DNA of 63,371 bases, the filler included, from Octopus bimaculoides (lineage: Eukaryota), in NCBI RefSeq assembly GCF_001194135.2. It is 5 parts of 5 records of this genome, joined end to end, with 100 filler letters (N's around TTAATTAATTAA, not from the genome) between each part and the next. Parts side by side here need not be neighbours in the genome. Positions count along the whole stretch, not along the records: positions 1 to 26,838 come from NC_068981.1; 4 more parts are not named here. The stretch is one strand, 5' to 3'. Positions 9,062-20,998 of this stretch are shown here, one piece after another; position 1 is the first letter of the stretch; each line of letters begins with the position of its first letter. The notes under the pieces are model-generated. The model ran no database searches. It saw only the letters and a list, made by a program, of their open reading frames with translations, and had not been told where the DNA came from. Both the position numbers and the translations under genes were made by a program.

Positions 9062-11609
9062 TAGTTCAACCTACACAAGTTAATGTTTGAGGAATTTTGA
9101 ATGACATTTCTATAAAACTAGTTTTTAAACATTGAATGGTTATGGGGGCAAAGAGATCCATAGATAAAAAATGGTTGAGAACCCCATGCTATAGTAGATG
9201 ACACTTGCTCAAGGTGCCACACAGAAGGGCTAAACCTGGAACTATGTGGCTGGGAAGCAAACTTCTTTCCACACAACCGTACCTGGAATTAGTATTCTTT
9301 TCTACTGTAGGCGAAGGCCTGAAATTTTGGGGGAGGGAGCCAGTCGATTAGATTGACCCCAGTACACAACTGGTACTTAATTTATTGACCCCAAAAGGAC
9401 GAAAGGCAAAGTCGACCTCAGTGGAATTTGAACTCAGAACCTAAAGACAGACAAAATTCTGCTAAGCATTTCGCCTGGCTTGCTAACGTTTCTGCCAGCT
9501 CTCCGCCTTGTACCTGTAATTAATATTAAATGTTCTGTTATACAACCAAAGATTGAATTCAGAATTTTTTTATTTTTTAAATATATTTTCTTACTGGTTT
9601 CAGTCATTTGGTTGTGGCAAAGCTGGAGCAATTCCATGAGCCATCTTTATTAATCATAATGATAGGTTCTAGCACAGTTATTTGAAACTATATAAAAGCA
9701 GAGTTTTGCAGAGACCTACTAATGGGATTTATTGATTGTGACATGCGGCTTCTTTGATGTTAGAAAGCTTTCAACAGAACTATCACTGTGATTTATCTGT
9801 GTGTGCGCATACAAGGCAATGTATATGTGAGTGTGAGTTACAGGTAATATGCACACACACACACACGCACACACACACACACACATGTATATATATTATT
9901 TCAGTAAGGCATGGCAATAGTAATACCCTGGTGCTGGAATTCAGTATCCGTTCCCTTCAGAATGAAGCATCAGTCAAAGACAGAAGAGTGATAAGAAATT
10001 AAAAGGACTCAGGAATAAACTAGTATGTTTTGAGCTTCATTAGCTAACAGCCGTTTCTGCTATTCACTCGTAGTTGAGTGCTTGAGTATCGCCCTATAGC
10101 TTCATTGGAGCTTAAGCTAATGAAGTTCACAACATAATTGTTTAATCTTTTGTCATTCTAACTTCTCGTGTGTGTGTGTGATTAAAATGTGCTCCCACCA
10201 TTTTCATCTGGCATTTACTCATAAGACACTGGTCAGAGCTATAGTAGAAACACTTACCTGGGGCTGCTATAGTAGAAACACTTACTGGGGCTGCTATAGA
10301 AGACACATGCTCAAGGCACTTACACAGTGGGACTGAACCTGAGACCACATGGTTGCAAACCAAGCTTCTTAACCACATAGCCATCTGTGTGTATATATAT
10401 GTGGTATATATACAGATGGACAATAATGTTATCTATCTATCTATCTATCTATATATATCTATATATATATATATATATATATATATTTTACTTGTTTGTC
10501 ATTAGACTGTGGCCATACTGGGGCACTGCCTTGAAGAATTTTAGTTGAACAAATCAACCCCAGTACTTATTAAGCTTGGTGTTTATTCTATCGGTCTCTT
10601 TTGCCAAACCACTAACTTACGGGACGTAAACACACCAACACCTGTTGTCAGGCAGTGGTGGGACACACACAAATAAGCTTCTTTCAGTTTCTGTCTACCA
10701 AATCCACTCACAAGGTTTTAATCGGCTCAATGCTATAGTAGAAGACATTTGCCCAAGGTGTCATGCAGTGGGACTGAACCCAAAACCAGGTGGTCAGGAA
10801 GCAGATTTCTTACATACAGCCATGCTTCATCATTATCATCATCATCATTTAATGTGTTTTCATGCTGGCATTGGTTGGACAGTTTGACTGGGGACTGGCA
10901 AGCCAGGAGGCTGCACCAGGCTCCAATCTGATCTGGCAAGGTTTCTACAGCTGGATGCCCTTCTCAATGCCATCCATTCCAAAAGAGTGTAGTGGGTGCT
11001 TTTTACGTGCCACCGGCACGGGAGTCAGTTTCAGTTTTGTGAGTGTAGCAAGAAAGGAGGTGACTTGTTGTGCCTGGTGCTGCAACTAATGTATGGCAGA
11101 GGATCAGGAATGATGTCTTGCTGTAGAGGAGATACTCAGCCATCCTGCATATAAAAGTGGGTGAAAACGACTGGAAAAAGTGATACAGACACTGGGTGTC
11201 AAGATAGAATAAGGAGGTAAGTATATGAGAAAATAGAGGTTTGGTAATGGTGGATGGGTGGGTAGGTTCTTAAGAGGATGAGAAGGGAGTGACAAAGATG
11301 AGGATAGAGGTAAGGGTAGTGAATGGTGAGGAAGAGTGATGTGGTTGATGGTAAATAGTTTGATGGGGAAGGTGAAAGAAATAGGAGGGTCTTGGGAAAG
11401 AGGAAGTGGTAAGTAGCAGCACAGAAAGGGTGGGGAGCAGCCATATAATACAACTGTAGATAGATGAGAAGTAGGGAGAGGATATGTGGGGTGGGGGCTG
11501 TGACAGAGAGGTATATAATGACAGAGATGGTGGTCAGAAGTATGTAGGGGTGGATATAATGCATGCAGACAAAGGGCGGGGGTGGGGAAACTGTCAATGA
11601 CATATGTAT

Positions 11610-12005
11610 AGGCGGAGGAGTGGCTGTGTGGTAAGTAGCTTGCTTATGAACCACATGGTTCTGGGTTCAGTCCCACTGCATGGCACCTTGGGCAAGTGTC
11701 TTCTACTATAGCCTCGGGCCGACCAAAGTTTTGTGAGTGGATTTGGTGGACGGAAACTGAAAGAAGCCCGTCGTATATATGTATATATATATGTGTGTGT
11801 ATGTTTGTGTGTCTGTGTTTGTCCCCCCAACATCGCTTGACAACCGTTGCTGGTGTGTTTACATCTCCGTAACTTAGCGGTTCGGCAAAAGCGACCAATA
11901 GAATAGTACTAGGCTTACAAAGAATAAGTCCTGGAGTCAATTTGCTCGACTAAAGGCAGTGCTCCAGCATGGCCACAATCAAATGACTGAAACAAGTAAA
12001 AGAGA
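11610..12005 (+). mobile_element. Full-length family A tRNA-headed SINE; further copies at ~10490-10805(-), 13516-13880(-), 16090-16435(-), 19421-19720(+), 38922-39277(+), 50415-50570(+)
   Basis: A box tggctgtgtgg at 11621-11631, B box ggttcagtcc at 11664-11673, conserved ccttgggcaagtgtcttctactatagcc core, and internal (TA/TG)n. Confidence 0.92.
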
Positions 12006-12161
12006 TATATCATAAATATAGAGAATATGAGTATTCAAATATATGCATATATACACCTTTCTTGATATTGTTTAAGAGTAAATGTAAATTCTATTGACTT
12101 TGGCTCTAGAACTTTTGTTTATTAATCAGGTATTTTATTCTCCAAATGTTCAATTTGTTAG

Positions 12162-12302
12162 GTTGTGGCACTGAAGTTTATTACAAAACTTGGCAAATCC
12201 GAGCGGGAGCTACGAGTGCTTTCCCAAGAAATAGAGATAATGAGGGGCTTGCAACATGAAAACATTGTACAACTCTTGGACAGCTTTGAGACAGAAGAAG
12301 AG
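12162..12302 (+). CDS. STK36: STK36 coding exon 2 ([47 protein letters not shown])
   Basis: ttag acceptor and gtcagt donor; 141 nt, phase 0/0; catalytic Lys (VALK) and alphaC Glu. Absent from the ORF track; translated by hand. Confidence 0.95.
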
Positions 12303-13684
12303 GTCAGTATATCATGACAGACACCTTTGTAGGGTTATTTTCACATTATATTATTCTTTTGATCTGTTTCTTTGAAGTATTAATTAAATAAGAACAATGT
12401 AGCTACCTTTGTATTGTTGTAAAGCCTATGGTCAACATTGAATGAACAGATGTTTCAAAAGCTTTGACCAAAAACATCCTAGCTGTGACCATTTCGTCTT
12501 TTTAACGGTGATAGAATATCTGTGTCCTTCTTTGTTGAAAACAATGAGGTGTGATTTCAGAAAGATTCAGCTGTTATGTTTAACAGGACAAATGACCCAA
12601 TCATAGATTTTTCTCTCACTGGCTCATGGCTACTTCATTATTTTTTTGATAATAATGTTACCAAAATGTTCAAATTAAAATCTCGTGATTGTTTTTATAT
12701 CTTAAAGCACAGTTGATAATCAATACAAAATATGCACCAAGTTACTTTCATGTTCAGCTTATTTTCCTATAATTCAAACATCAATATGATTTTATAAATT
12801 CAATATATAAAATTAATAGGTGTTAAAAAAATTTCTCGAAGGCTTTACACTTTAAAATGAAACTTTCCAAAATGTCAAAAATAACAAACTAAAATAAATT
12901 AACTACTGGTGGTGCACCAGCATGACCGCAGCCACTTGGCTGAAACACATAAATAAATAAATATTAATTGGAAAGAACATTATCATATAATAGGTAAGAT
13001 AACAGGTATATACTACTTGGAGGCGCAATGGCCCTGTGGTTAGGGCAGCGAACTCAGTTTCAATTCCTAGGCCGGGTGTTGTAAGTGTTTATTGATTGAA
13101 AACACCTAAAGCTCCACGAGGCTCCAGCAGGGGGTGGTGGTGAACCCTGCTGTATTCTTTCACCACAACTTTCTTTCTTTCTTCTTGTTTCTGTTGTACC
13201 TGTTTTTCAAAGGGCCAGCCTTGTCCCACTCTGTGTCATGCTGAGTCTCCCTGAGAACTACATTAAGGGTACACGTGTCTGTGGAGTGCTCAGCCACTTG
13301 CATGTTAATTTCATGAGCAGGCTGTTCTGTTGATCGTACGGCCACCTCCGATCGAGAGAGGAGCGGCCCGTTTCGCCCGTTCCGAATTCGAGAGTAGATC
13401 AAGGCCGAAGGAGTGCCACTGTTATATAGCATAATAAAGGTAGCAAAATAGTTGCTATGTACCACAAGAAGGTGGTATAAAATGACTAAAGTGATGATTA
13501 GCCACACTTATAGACTTACTTTTACCTGTTTCAGTCATTTGACTGCGGCCATGCTGGAGCACCGCCTTTAGTCAAGCAAATCAACCCCAGGACTTATTCT
13601 TTGGAAGCCTAGTACTTATTCTATCGGTCTCTTTTGCCGAACTGCTAAGTTATGGGGACGTAAACACACCACCANNNNNNNNNN

Positions 13685-13724
<40 letters not shown>

Positions 13725-14256
13725 GACGGGCTTCTTTCAGTTTCCATCTACCAAATCCACTCACAAGGCTTTGGTCGGCCCGAGGCTATAGTAGAAGACA
13801 CTTGCCCAAGGTGCCATGCAGTGGGAATAAACCCGGAACCATGTGGTTCATAAGCAAGCTACTTACCACACAGCCACTCCTTCAGATGTACAAGTACAAT
13901 ATCATCATCATTTAGCATCTGTTGTTCATAGTGACATGGGTTGGATGGTTTGACCAGGGCTGACAAGCTGGAATGCTACACCAAACCCCAGTCCGATTTG
14001 GCTTGGTTTCTACAGCTGGATGCCCTTCCTAATGGGCATAGACAAAGTTGTATGAATTGAGCATATTTTTTTTTTCATTGACATAAGGGGCCAGGCAAAG
14101 CAAGTTCATTGAGGAGCCAATGATGAACTCCTTTCTCAACAAGGGCATCATCTACATCCGTTGGTTCCCTCAGGCCAGACGGTCAACAAAGTTTTGTACA
14201 ACTTTGAAATTAAAAAACATCTCCTGAAAAATTCTCAAAAATGTACCTTGTATATT

Positions 14257-14309
<53 letters not shown>

Positions 14310-14763
14310 TCATTTGATGTCCGCTTTCCATGCTAGCATGGGTTGGGCGATTTGACTGGGGACTGGCAAAGCGGATGGTTACACCAGACTCCAATCTGAT
14401 TTGGCAGAGTTTCTACAGCTGGATGCCCTTCCTAACGCCAACCACTCCGAGAGTGTAGTGGGTGCTTTTTACATGCCACCGGCATGAGGGCCAGTCCAGC
14501 GGTACTGGGAGGTTTTAAAGGATGCAATGTCTTGGCAACTAACAACTGATGCAGGTAATTTGTTTCATGCTTCAGCAACTCTGAGCGTGAAAAAATGTTT
14601 CCAAAAGTCATGGGAGCTGCGTTGTTTTCTGACTTTGTACCTCATATATATAGATATGTGTTTATTGACTTACATATATCTACACATATGTTTGTGTGTT
14701 AATTGTAAAATCTGTTGTAATGAGACAGACATGGTTTAAGCATTAGTTTTCTTCTGTTTACAG

Positions 14764-14841
14764 TTTGTTGTTGTAATGGACTACGCTGATGGAGAACTTT
14801 ACCAAATCCTTGAAGACGATGGATCTTTGCCAGAAGATCAG
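14764..14841 (+). CDS. STK36: STK36 coding exon 3 ([26 protein letters not shown])
   Basis: tttacag acceptor and gtaaga donor; 78 nt, phase 0/0; kinase hinge region. Confidence 0.95.
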
Positions 14842-16495
14842 GTAAGAAAACACTTTCCAGCTATTCTTGTGTGGTTAAGAAGCTCACTTTGCAGCAGGGT
14901 GGCTTTAGGTTCAATTCCACTGCATGTCATCTCGGGCAAGTGTTTTCTATTATAGCTCGAGTTTGACCAAAGTCTTGTGAGCGAATTTGCCAGACGGAAA
15001 CTGAAAGAAGCTTGTCATATGTACGTATACTGCTGGTGGCATCAGAAATGCATCCAGTACTCTCTGTAGTAAAGTGGTTGGTGTTAGGAAGAAGAGTATA
15101 CTGCTGCAGAAACTGTGCCAGAGCAGACAATTGGAGTACAATTGGAGTACAATGCAGTCCTTGGACCCACCAGGTCTTTTCAAACTGTCCAACTCGTGTC
15201 AGCATGGAGCACAGAGGTTAAATGAAGATGGTGGTGATGATGATGTATGTGTGAGTTTTTGTGTGTGTCCCTGCCACTTCTTGACAACTGGTATTGGTTT
15301 GTTTACATCCATGTGCCTCAGTAGTTCAGCAAAAAGACCAATAGAATAAATACCAGACTTTTTTTTTTTTTTTTTTTAAAGGAATACTGGTATTGACTTG
15401 TTAGACTAAATCTTTGGGGCAGTGCTCCAGTATGGTCGTTGTCCATTGACTGAAACAAGTAAAAGATAAGTTATTGGAACTAAATTTGTTATTTGCATGG
15501 CTTGGCTCCTGTACCGGCGACATGTAAAAAGCACCATTCAAGCGTGGTTGTTGCCAGTGCCCCTGGACTGGCTCCTGTCCTGGTGGCATGTAAAAAGCAC
15601 CATCCAAGCATGGCCGATGCAAGTGCTGCCTGACTGGCCCTCATGCTGGTGGCATGTAAAAAGCACCCACTACACTCTCAGAGTGGTTGGCATTAGGAAG
15701 GGCACCCAGCTGTAGAAACATTGCCAGATCAGACTGGAGCCTGGTGCAGCCTCCTGGCTTGCCAGTCCCCAGTCAAACTGTCCAACCCATGCCAGCATGG
15801 AAAACGGACGTTAAACGATGATGATGATGATGAATCTTATGGAGGGACCTAAAATTCGGTCAAACTTAATTTAAACTTCAGGATTAATCTAAGCAAGACT
15901 ATTCACACACCTGCGAATGCTCCAATGTCCTTTGTTGTAGTGATTGTAGCTGTTGTTGTTTCGCCGCAGGTTAACCTCGATCAAACAGATCTATGAACAA
16001 AGGCACTCCAGCTGTGGCCATCTGTCCAAGGTTCAGTGCACCTAAAAATATTATCCAAATGATTCTTTTCTTAGACACAAAGGTGCAATTTGCATGCTGG
16101 AGCACTGCCTTTAGTCGAGCAAATCAACCCCAGGACTTATTATTTGTAAGCCTAGTACTTATTCTGTCGGTCTCTTTTGCCAAACCACTAAGTTATGGGG
16201 ACGTAAACATACCAACATCAGTTGTCAAGTGATGGAGTGAGGACAAACACAGACATGCAAACACACACGCACACACACACACGATGGGTTTCTTTCAGTT
16301 TCTGTCTACCAAATCCACTCACAAGGCTTTGGTCAGACTGAGGGCCACAGCAGAAGACACTTGCCCAATGTGCCACACAGTGGGACTGAACCCAGAACTG
16401 TGTGGCTGGGAAGTAAGCTCCTTACCACACAGCCAGTGAATGCTGAAGGATTTTTCAACTCCTTCTTTGTTCTATTTCACAAGGTTATCTAGTTG

Positions 16496-16905
16496 CAGGC
16501 ATAGCTGTGTGGGTTCAGTCCTGCTGCACAGCACCTAGGGCCAATGTCTTCTACTAATGACCTGAGCCTGCCAAAACTTTGCGAGTGGATTTGGCGGAGG
16601 GAAACTGAAAAGAAGCCCACTGTGTATGCATATGTATGTACTTTTGCATTTGTGTGTATCTTTGTCTAGACGTCACACGATGGCTGTAAACAAGCGTCAC
16701 TGTCATACGAGTGAGGTTGTTTGTTTCTAGTTTTCCTTGAAAAATGTCTAGCTTTGGGGAAAGTATTACTTTGCTTGGAAACAGTTGAGGGTAGGGGACA
16801 AGAAAGGGCTCCCAGTCATGGTAAAAATCTGTCTCAACAAATTCTGTTTGAGTCATGCAAGCATAGAAAAGTGAATGTTAGAAGATGATGATGATGATGA
16901 TGATG
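16496..16905 (+). mobile_element. SINE with family A-type head, a different body and an RTE-like (GAT)n tail; related bodies at ~22740-22960(-) and ~50610-50830(+)
   Basis: The head aligns to family A; the tail catgcaagcatagaaaagtgaatgttagaagatgatgatg resembles the RTE 3' ends in this window. Confidence 0.6.
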
Positions 16906-16959
16906 AGCTAATGTTTCCTATGTGTTAAATAGGTTTACCAATTTTGATTTTTTTCCTTT

Positions 16960-18122
16960 CATCAGATGTACCCGGTGCAAGCTATGGACACATAAGAGGT
17001 GCAGCAATATCAAAGGCAGGTTAACTAGCAAGTTAGTTTTTGTATGTGGCAGATGTTCAGGTGCAATAAAGACTGTAAACAAACAGGAAACAACTTCTAT
17101 CTCATTCCAGGGTGAAAAACTAGAGGTAGTCGATAGCTTCCGCTATCTGGGCGACCAAGTTAGTAGTGGGGGTGGGTGCGCTGAAAGTGTAACTGCTAGA
17201 ATAAGAATAGCCTGGGCAAAGTTTAGAGAGCCCTTACCTCTGCTGGCGACAAAGGGACTCTCACTCAGGGNNNNNNNNNNNNNNNNNNNNNNNNNNNNNN
17301 NNNNNNNNNNNNNNNNNNNNNNNNNNNNNNNNNNNNNNNNNNNNNNNNNNNNNNNNNNNNNNNNNNNNNNNNNNNNNNNNNNNNNNNNNNNNNNNNNNNN
17401 NNNNNNNNNNNNNNNNNNNNNNNNNNNNNNNNNNNNNNNNNNNNNNNNNNNNNNNNNNNNNNNNNNNNNNNNNNNNNNNNNNNNNNNNNNNNNNNNNNNN
17501 NNNNNNNNNNNNNNNNNNNNNNNNNNNNNNNNNNNNNNNNNNNNNNNNNNNNNNNNNNNNNNNNNNNNNNNNNNNNNNNNNNNNNNNNNNNNNNNNNNNN
17601 NNNNNNNNNNNNNNNNNNNNNNNNNNNNNNNNNNNNNNNNNNNNNNNNNNNNNNNNNNNNNNNNNNNNNNNNNNNNNNNNNNNNNNNNNNNNNNNNNNNN
17701 NNNNNNNNNNNNNNNNNNNNNNNNNNNNNNNNNNNNNNNNNNNNNNNNNNNNNNNNNNNNNNNNNNNNNNNNNNNNNNNNNNNNNNNNNNNNNNNNNNNN
17801 NNNNNNNNNNNNNNNNNNNNNNNNNNNNNNCGAGATCGTTGCCAGTGCCCCTGGACTGGCTCTTGTGCGGGTGGCACATAAAAGACACCATTTTGAGCTT
17901 GGCCGTTGCCAGTACCGCGTTACTGGCCTTCGTGCGGGTGACACGTAAAAGCACCCACTACACTCTCTGAGTGGTTGGCGTTAGGAAGGGCATCCAGCTG
18001 TAGAAACTCTGCCAAATTAGATTGGAGCCTGGTGTTGCCATCTGGTTCACCAGTCCTCAGTCAAATTGTCCAACCCATGCTAGCATGGAAAGCGGACGTT
18101 AAACAATGATGATGATGATGAT
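16960..18122 (+). mobile_element. 5'-truncated RTE LINE spanning an N gap, younger than the 5.5-kb copy
   Basis: Open RCTRCKLWTHKRCSNIKGRL...FRYLGDQVSSGGGC...RIAWAKFRE before the gap; RTE 3' UTR and (gat)n tail after it. Confidence 0.85.
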
Positions 18123-18295
18123 GATTAATTATTGGAGTATGTGTTTCTTTATTTTTTTTGCGGCTGATTTCTCATTTAAACCTGCTTCACAGGTGTTATA
18201 CCCTAATCAGTATATTCACTGAAATAAACTGATGTTTCTTCTCTAAATTCCCATTTCTCTCTCTTACTTTCATTTCACTCTTGTTCCCTTTTCAG

Positions 18296-18475
18296 GTACA
18301 GCATATTGCCTGTCAGTTGGTGTCTGCTCTCTACTATCTTCATTCCCATCGAATCTTGCATCGTGACATGAAACCCCAAAACATTTTATTGGCCAAAGGA
18401 GAAACGATAAAACTTTGCGATTTTGGATTTGCACGAGCGATGGGTTTTAACACGCTGGTTCTTACATCTGTAAAG
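18296..18475 (+). CDS. STK36: STK36 coding exon 4 ([60 protein letters not shown])
   Basis: Long polypyrimidine tract plus ttcag; donor gtattg; 180 nt; HRDMKPQN and DFG motifs. Confidence 0.97.
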
Positions 18476-18799
18476 GTATTGCTTAATATTATTCCCTGAC
18501 TATTAATTACATGATAAATTTTAATTGAATCATTATATATATATGTTTATTTGCTCTATGTTAAAAGTAATTTTCCCTGATATAACATTTGGAAGTGAGG
18601 AGACTGAATAAAATTAAGGCCTTATGTAAACTATTGTTATTTTATTTCGATCCGGAGGTGCTTCGCTAATTAATCTGTTGTTATTGGTGCTATTACTTTA
18701 CACCCATAGCTTTGCAGGTATAGAAAACAAAAGTTATTGGTAAAATTATACCATGTGTGTGCACATGTGCGTACGTGTCATCACCATCATTTAACATCT

Positions 18800-19030
18800 T
18801 ATTTCTTTAGTGCCCACAAGGGGCTAAACATAGAGGGGACAAACAAGGGCAAACAAAGGGATTAAGTCGATTACATCGAACCCAGTGAGTAACTGGTACT
18901 TATTTCATCGATCCTGAAAGGATGAAAGGCAAAGTCGACCTCGGGGGAATTTGAACTCAGAACGTAAAGACGGACGAAATACTGCTGAGCATTTCGCCCG
19001 GCCCCCTAACGATTCAGCCAGCTGGCCGCC
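18800..19030 (-). mobile_element. SINE family B; other copies at ~9290-9510(-), 24745-24868 plus 26264-26325(+), 62290-62487(-)
   Basis: Shared ggcggc..gctggcagaaacgttagc...gagttcaaattccgccgaggtcgactttgcc sequence among copies. Confidence 0.85.
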
Positions 19031-20059
19031 ATCATTTAACGTCTGTTGTCCATGCTGGCATGGGTTGGATGGTTTGACCAGAGCTAGCAAGCTGGGGAGC
19101 TGCACCAAATTCCAGAGTGTTTTACACCACCAAAAGGACCGGTCTTAACACTTCTGCTGCAGAGTACAGGTCTTGAGCACAGCAAGGCACCAGGCTCCTT
19201 GGTCCTTTGTCATTTTGCCTGAAAGGTTCAACATCCTGAGGCTGTTCTTCAGTATGCTGATACCATAATCTGCTCTGTGCAAAAAACGCCCAGTCCACTC
19301 TATAATGTGGTTGGCATTAGGAAGGGCATCCAGCTGTAATAAAGCCTGCCAAAACAGCCAGTAGAGCTTGGCACAATCCTCTGGTTTACCAGTTCTTGTC
19401 AGACTATGTGTATGGGTGCAGACATGGCAGTGTGGCTTAGAAGCTCGTGGTTTCAGGTTCAGTCCCACAGCATGACATCTTGGGCAAATGTCTTCTACGA
19501 TAGCCCTGGCCCAACCAATGCCTTGTAAGTGAATTTGGTAGATGGAAACTGTATGGAAACCTGTCATGTGTATTTATGTTTATCCCCACCATCACTTGAT
19601 AAACACAACCACACGTGTTGGGTTGTTTACGCATCCATGCCGTAGTGGTTCAATAAGAAGAGACTGATAAAATAAGAACCAGACTTAAAAAGTAAGGACT
19701 GGGGGTCAATCTGTTCATCTCAAGTGGTTCCCAACCATTTTTTTTCCTACGAACACTTTTGATTCTTGTTTTACTCCCTGGACTTCCATAACCATCCAAA
19801 GTATATATTAAAAAAAATCATACTGTAATTTTTATAATCAAATATTAAATCACTGTCATGGCTGGTGCTAGTGTCATGTAACTGGCACTTGTGCTGGTGG
19901 CACGTAAAAAGCACCTTTTGAGCGTTGAGCCACATGGAGGCAAAGTGGTTGAGCTCCTTTCGAATGTTAGGTCTCACAGAGGCAATAACCCAGATATTTT
20001 ATCTTGTTTAAAATCATCATCACCATTATTGTCAGTTTATTTTCCCACACTATAGTAGT

Positions 20060-20632
20060 CATGGCCAATGCTGGTGTCATGTCAGTTGCACCCATGTCGG
20101 TGGCATGTAAAAAGCACCCACTATATGCTTGGAGTGGTTGGCATTAGGAAGGGCATCCAGCCGTTGAAACCATGCCAAATCAGACTGAAACCTGGTGCTA
20201 TGCTTATGCTATGCTTGAGAAGAAGACCCATCAAGCCAAGTAAAATTGCAGTTGTCGCAGATACCAGTGTCATGCAAATGGCACTTGTGCTGGTGGCACA
20301 TAAAAGCACCTTTCGAGTGTTGGGCCTCACAGAGGCAAGGACCAAGACCATTTGGCATTATGCCATGCTTGAGAAGAAGACCCATCAAGCCAAGTAAAAT
20401 CACAGTCGTGGCAGATACTGGTATCACACAAATGGCACCCATGCTGGTGGCACATAAAAGCACCCATTACACTCTCGGAGTGGTCGGCGTCAGGAAAGGC
20501 ATCCAGCCATAGAAAACCATGCCAAAACAGACTGGTGTCTGGTGCAGCCTTGCAGCTTGCCAGCCCTGGTCAAACTGTCCAACCCATACCAGCATGGACA
20601 GTGGATGCTAAATGATGATGATGATGATGATG
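20060..20632 (+). mobile_element. RTE 3'-UTR fragments (tandem pieces); same tail also at ~7880-8175, 10838-11020, 14305-14510, 15495-15835, 21690-21910, 22110-22637, 41066-41225, 43880-44035
   Basis: Recurrent agcacccactacactct.ggagtggttggc.ttaggaagggcatccagc...ccaacccatgc.agcatggaa..cggacgttaaa.gatgatgatg. Confidence 0.88.
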
Positions 20633-20930
20633 TATAAAAATATTTGTTTGTTTATGACAGATTAAATTTAACAACAAAATCTTATATGGACCCTCAGGGG
20701 CCATTCGGACTCTGGTTGAGAACCACAGATCTAAACTCTTCGAGACAGTGCCCCAGCCATGGCTGCAGTTCCTTGACTGGAACAAGTAGAAGATAATAGT
20801 AAGATCTGTCTGTGTGTCTGTGTATATATGAAAATATTCAAACATAAACCTATAGAAGCTGATATTCAATGACAAGTTCAGTAATTTTTTTCCTGTCACA
20901 CTCAGTTTGTACATAATTATTTCTCTGTAG

Positions 20931-20998
20931 GGAACACCTCTTTATATGGCTCCTGAAATCGTTGAAGAACAGCCTTATGACCACAATGCAGATCTTTG
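20931..20998 (+). CDS. STK36: STK36 coding exon 5 (GTPLYMAPEIVEEQPYDHNADL + split W)
   Basis: ctgtag acceptor and gtaagg donor at 20999; 68 nt, ends in phase 2; APE motif. Confidence 0.96.
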
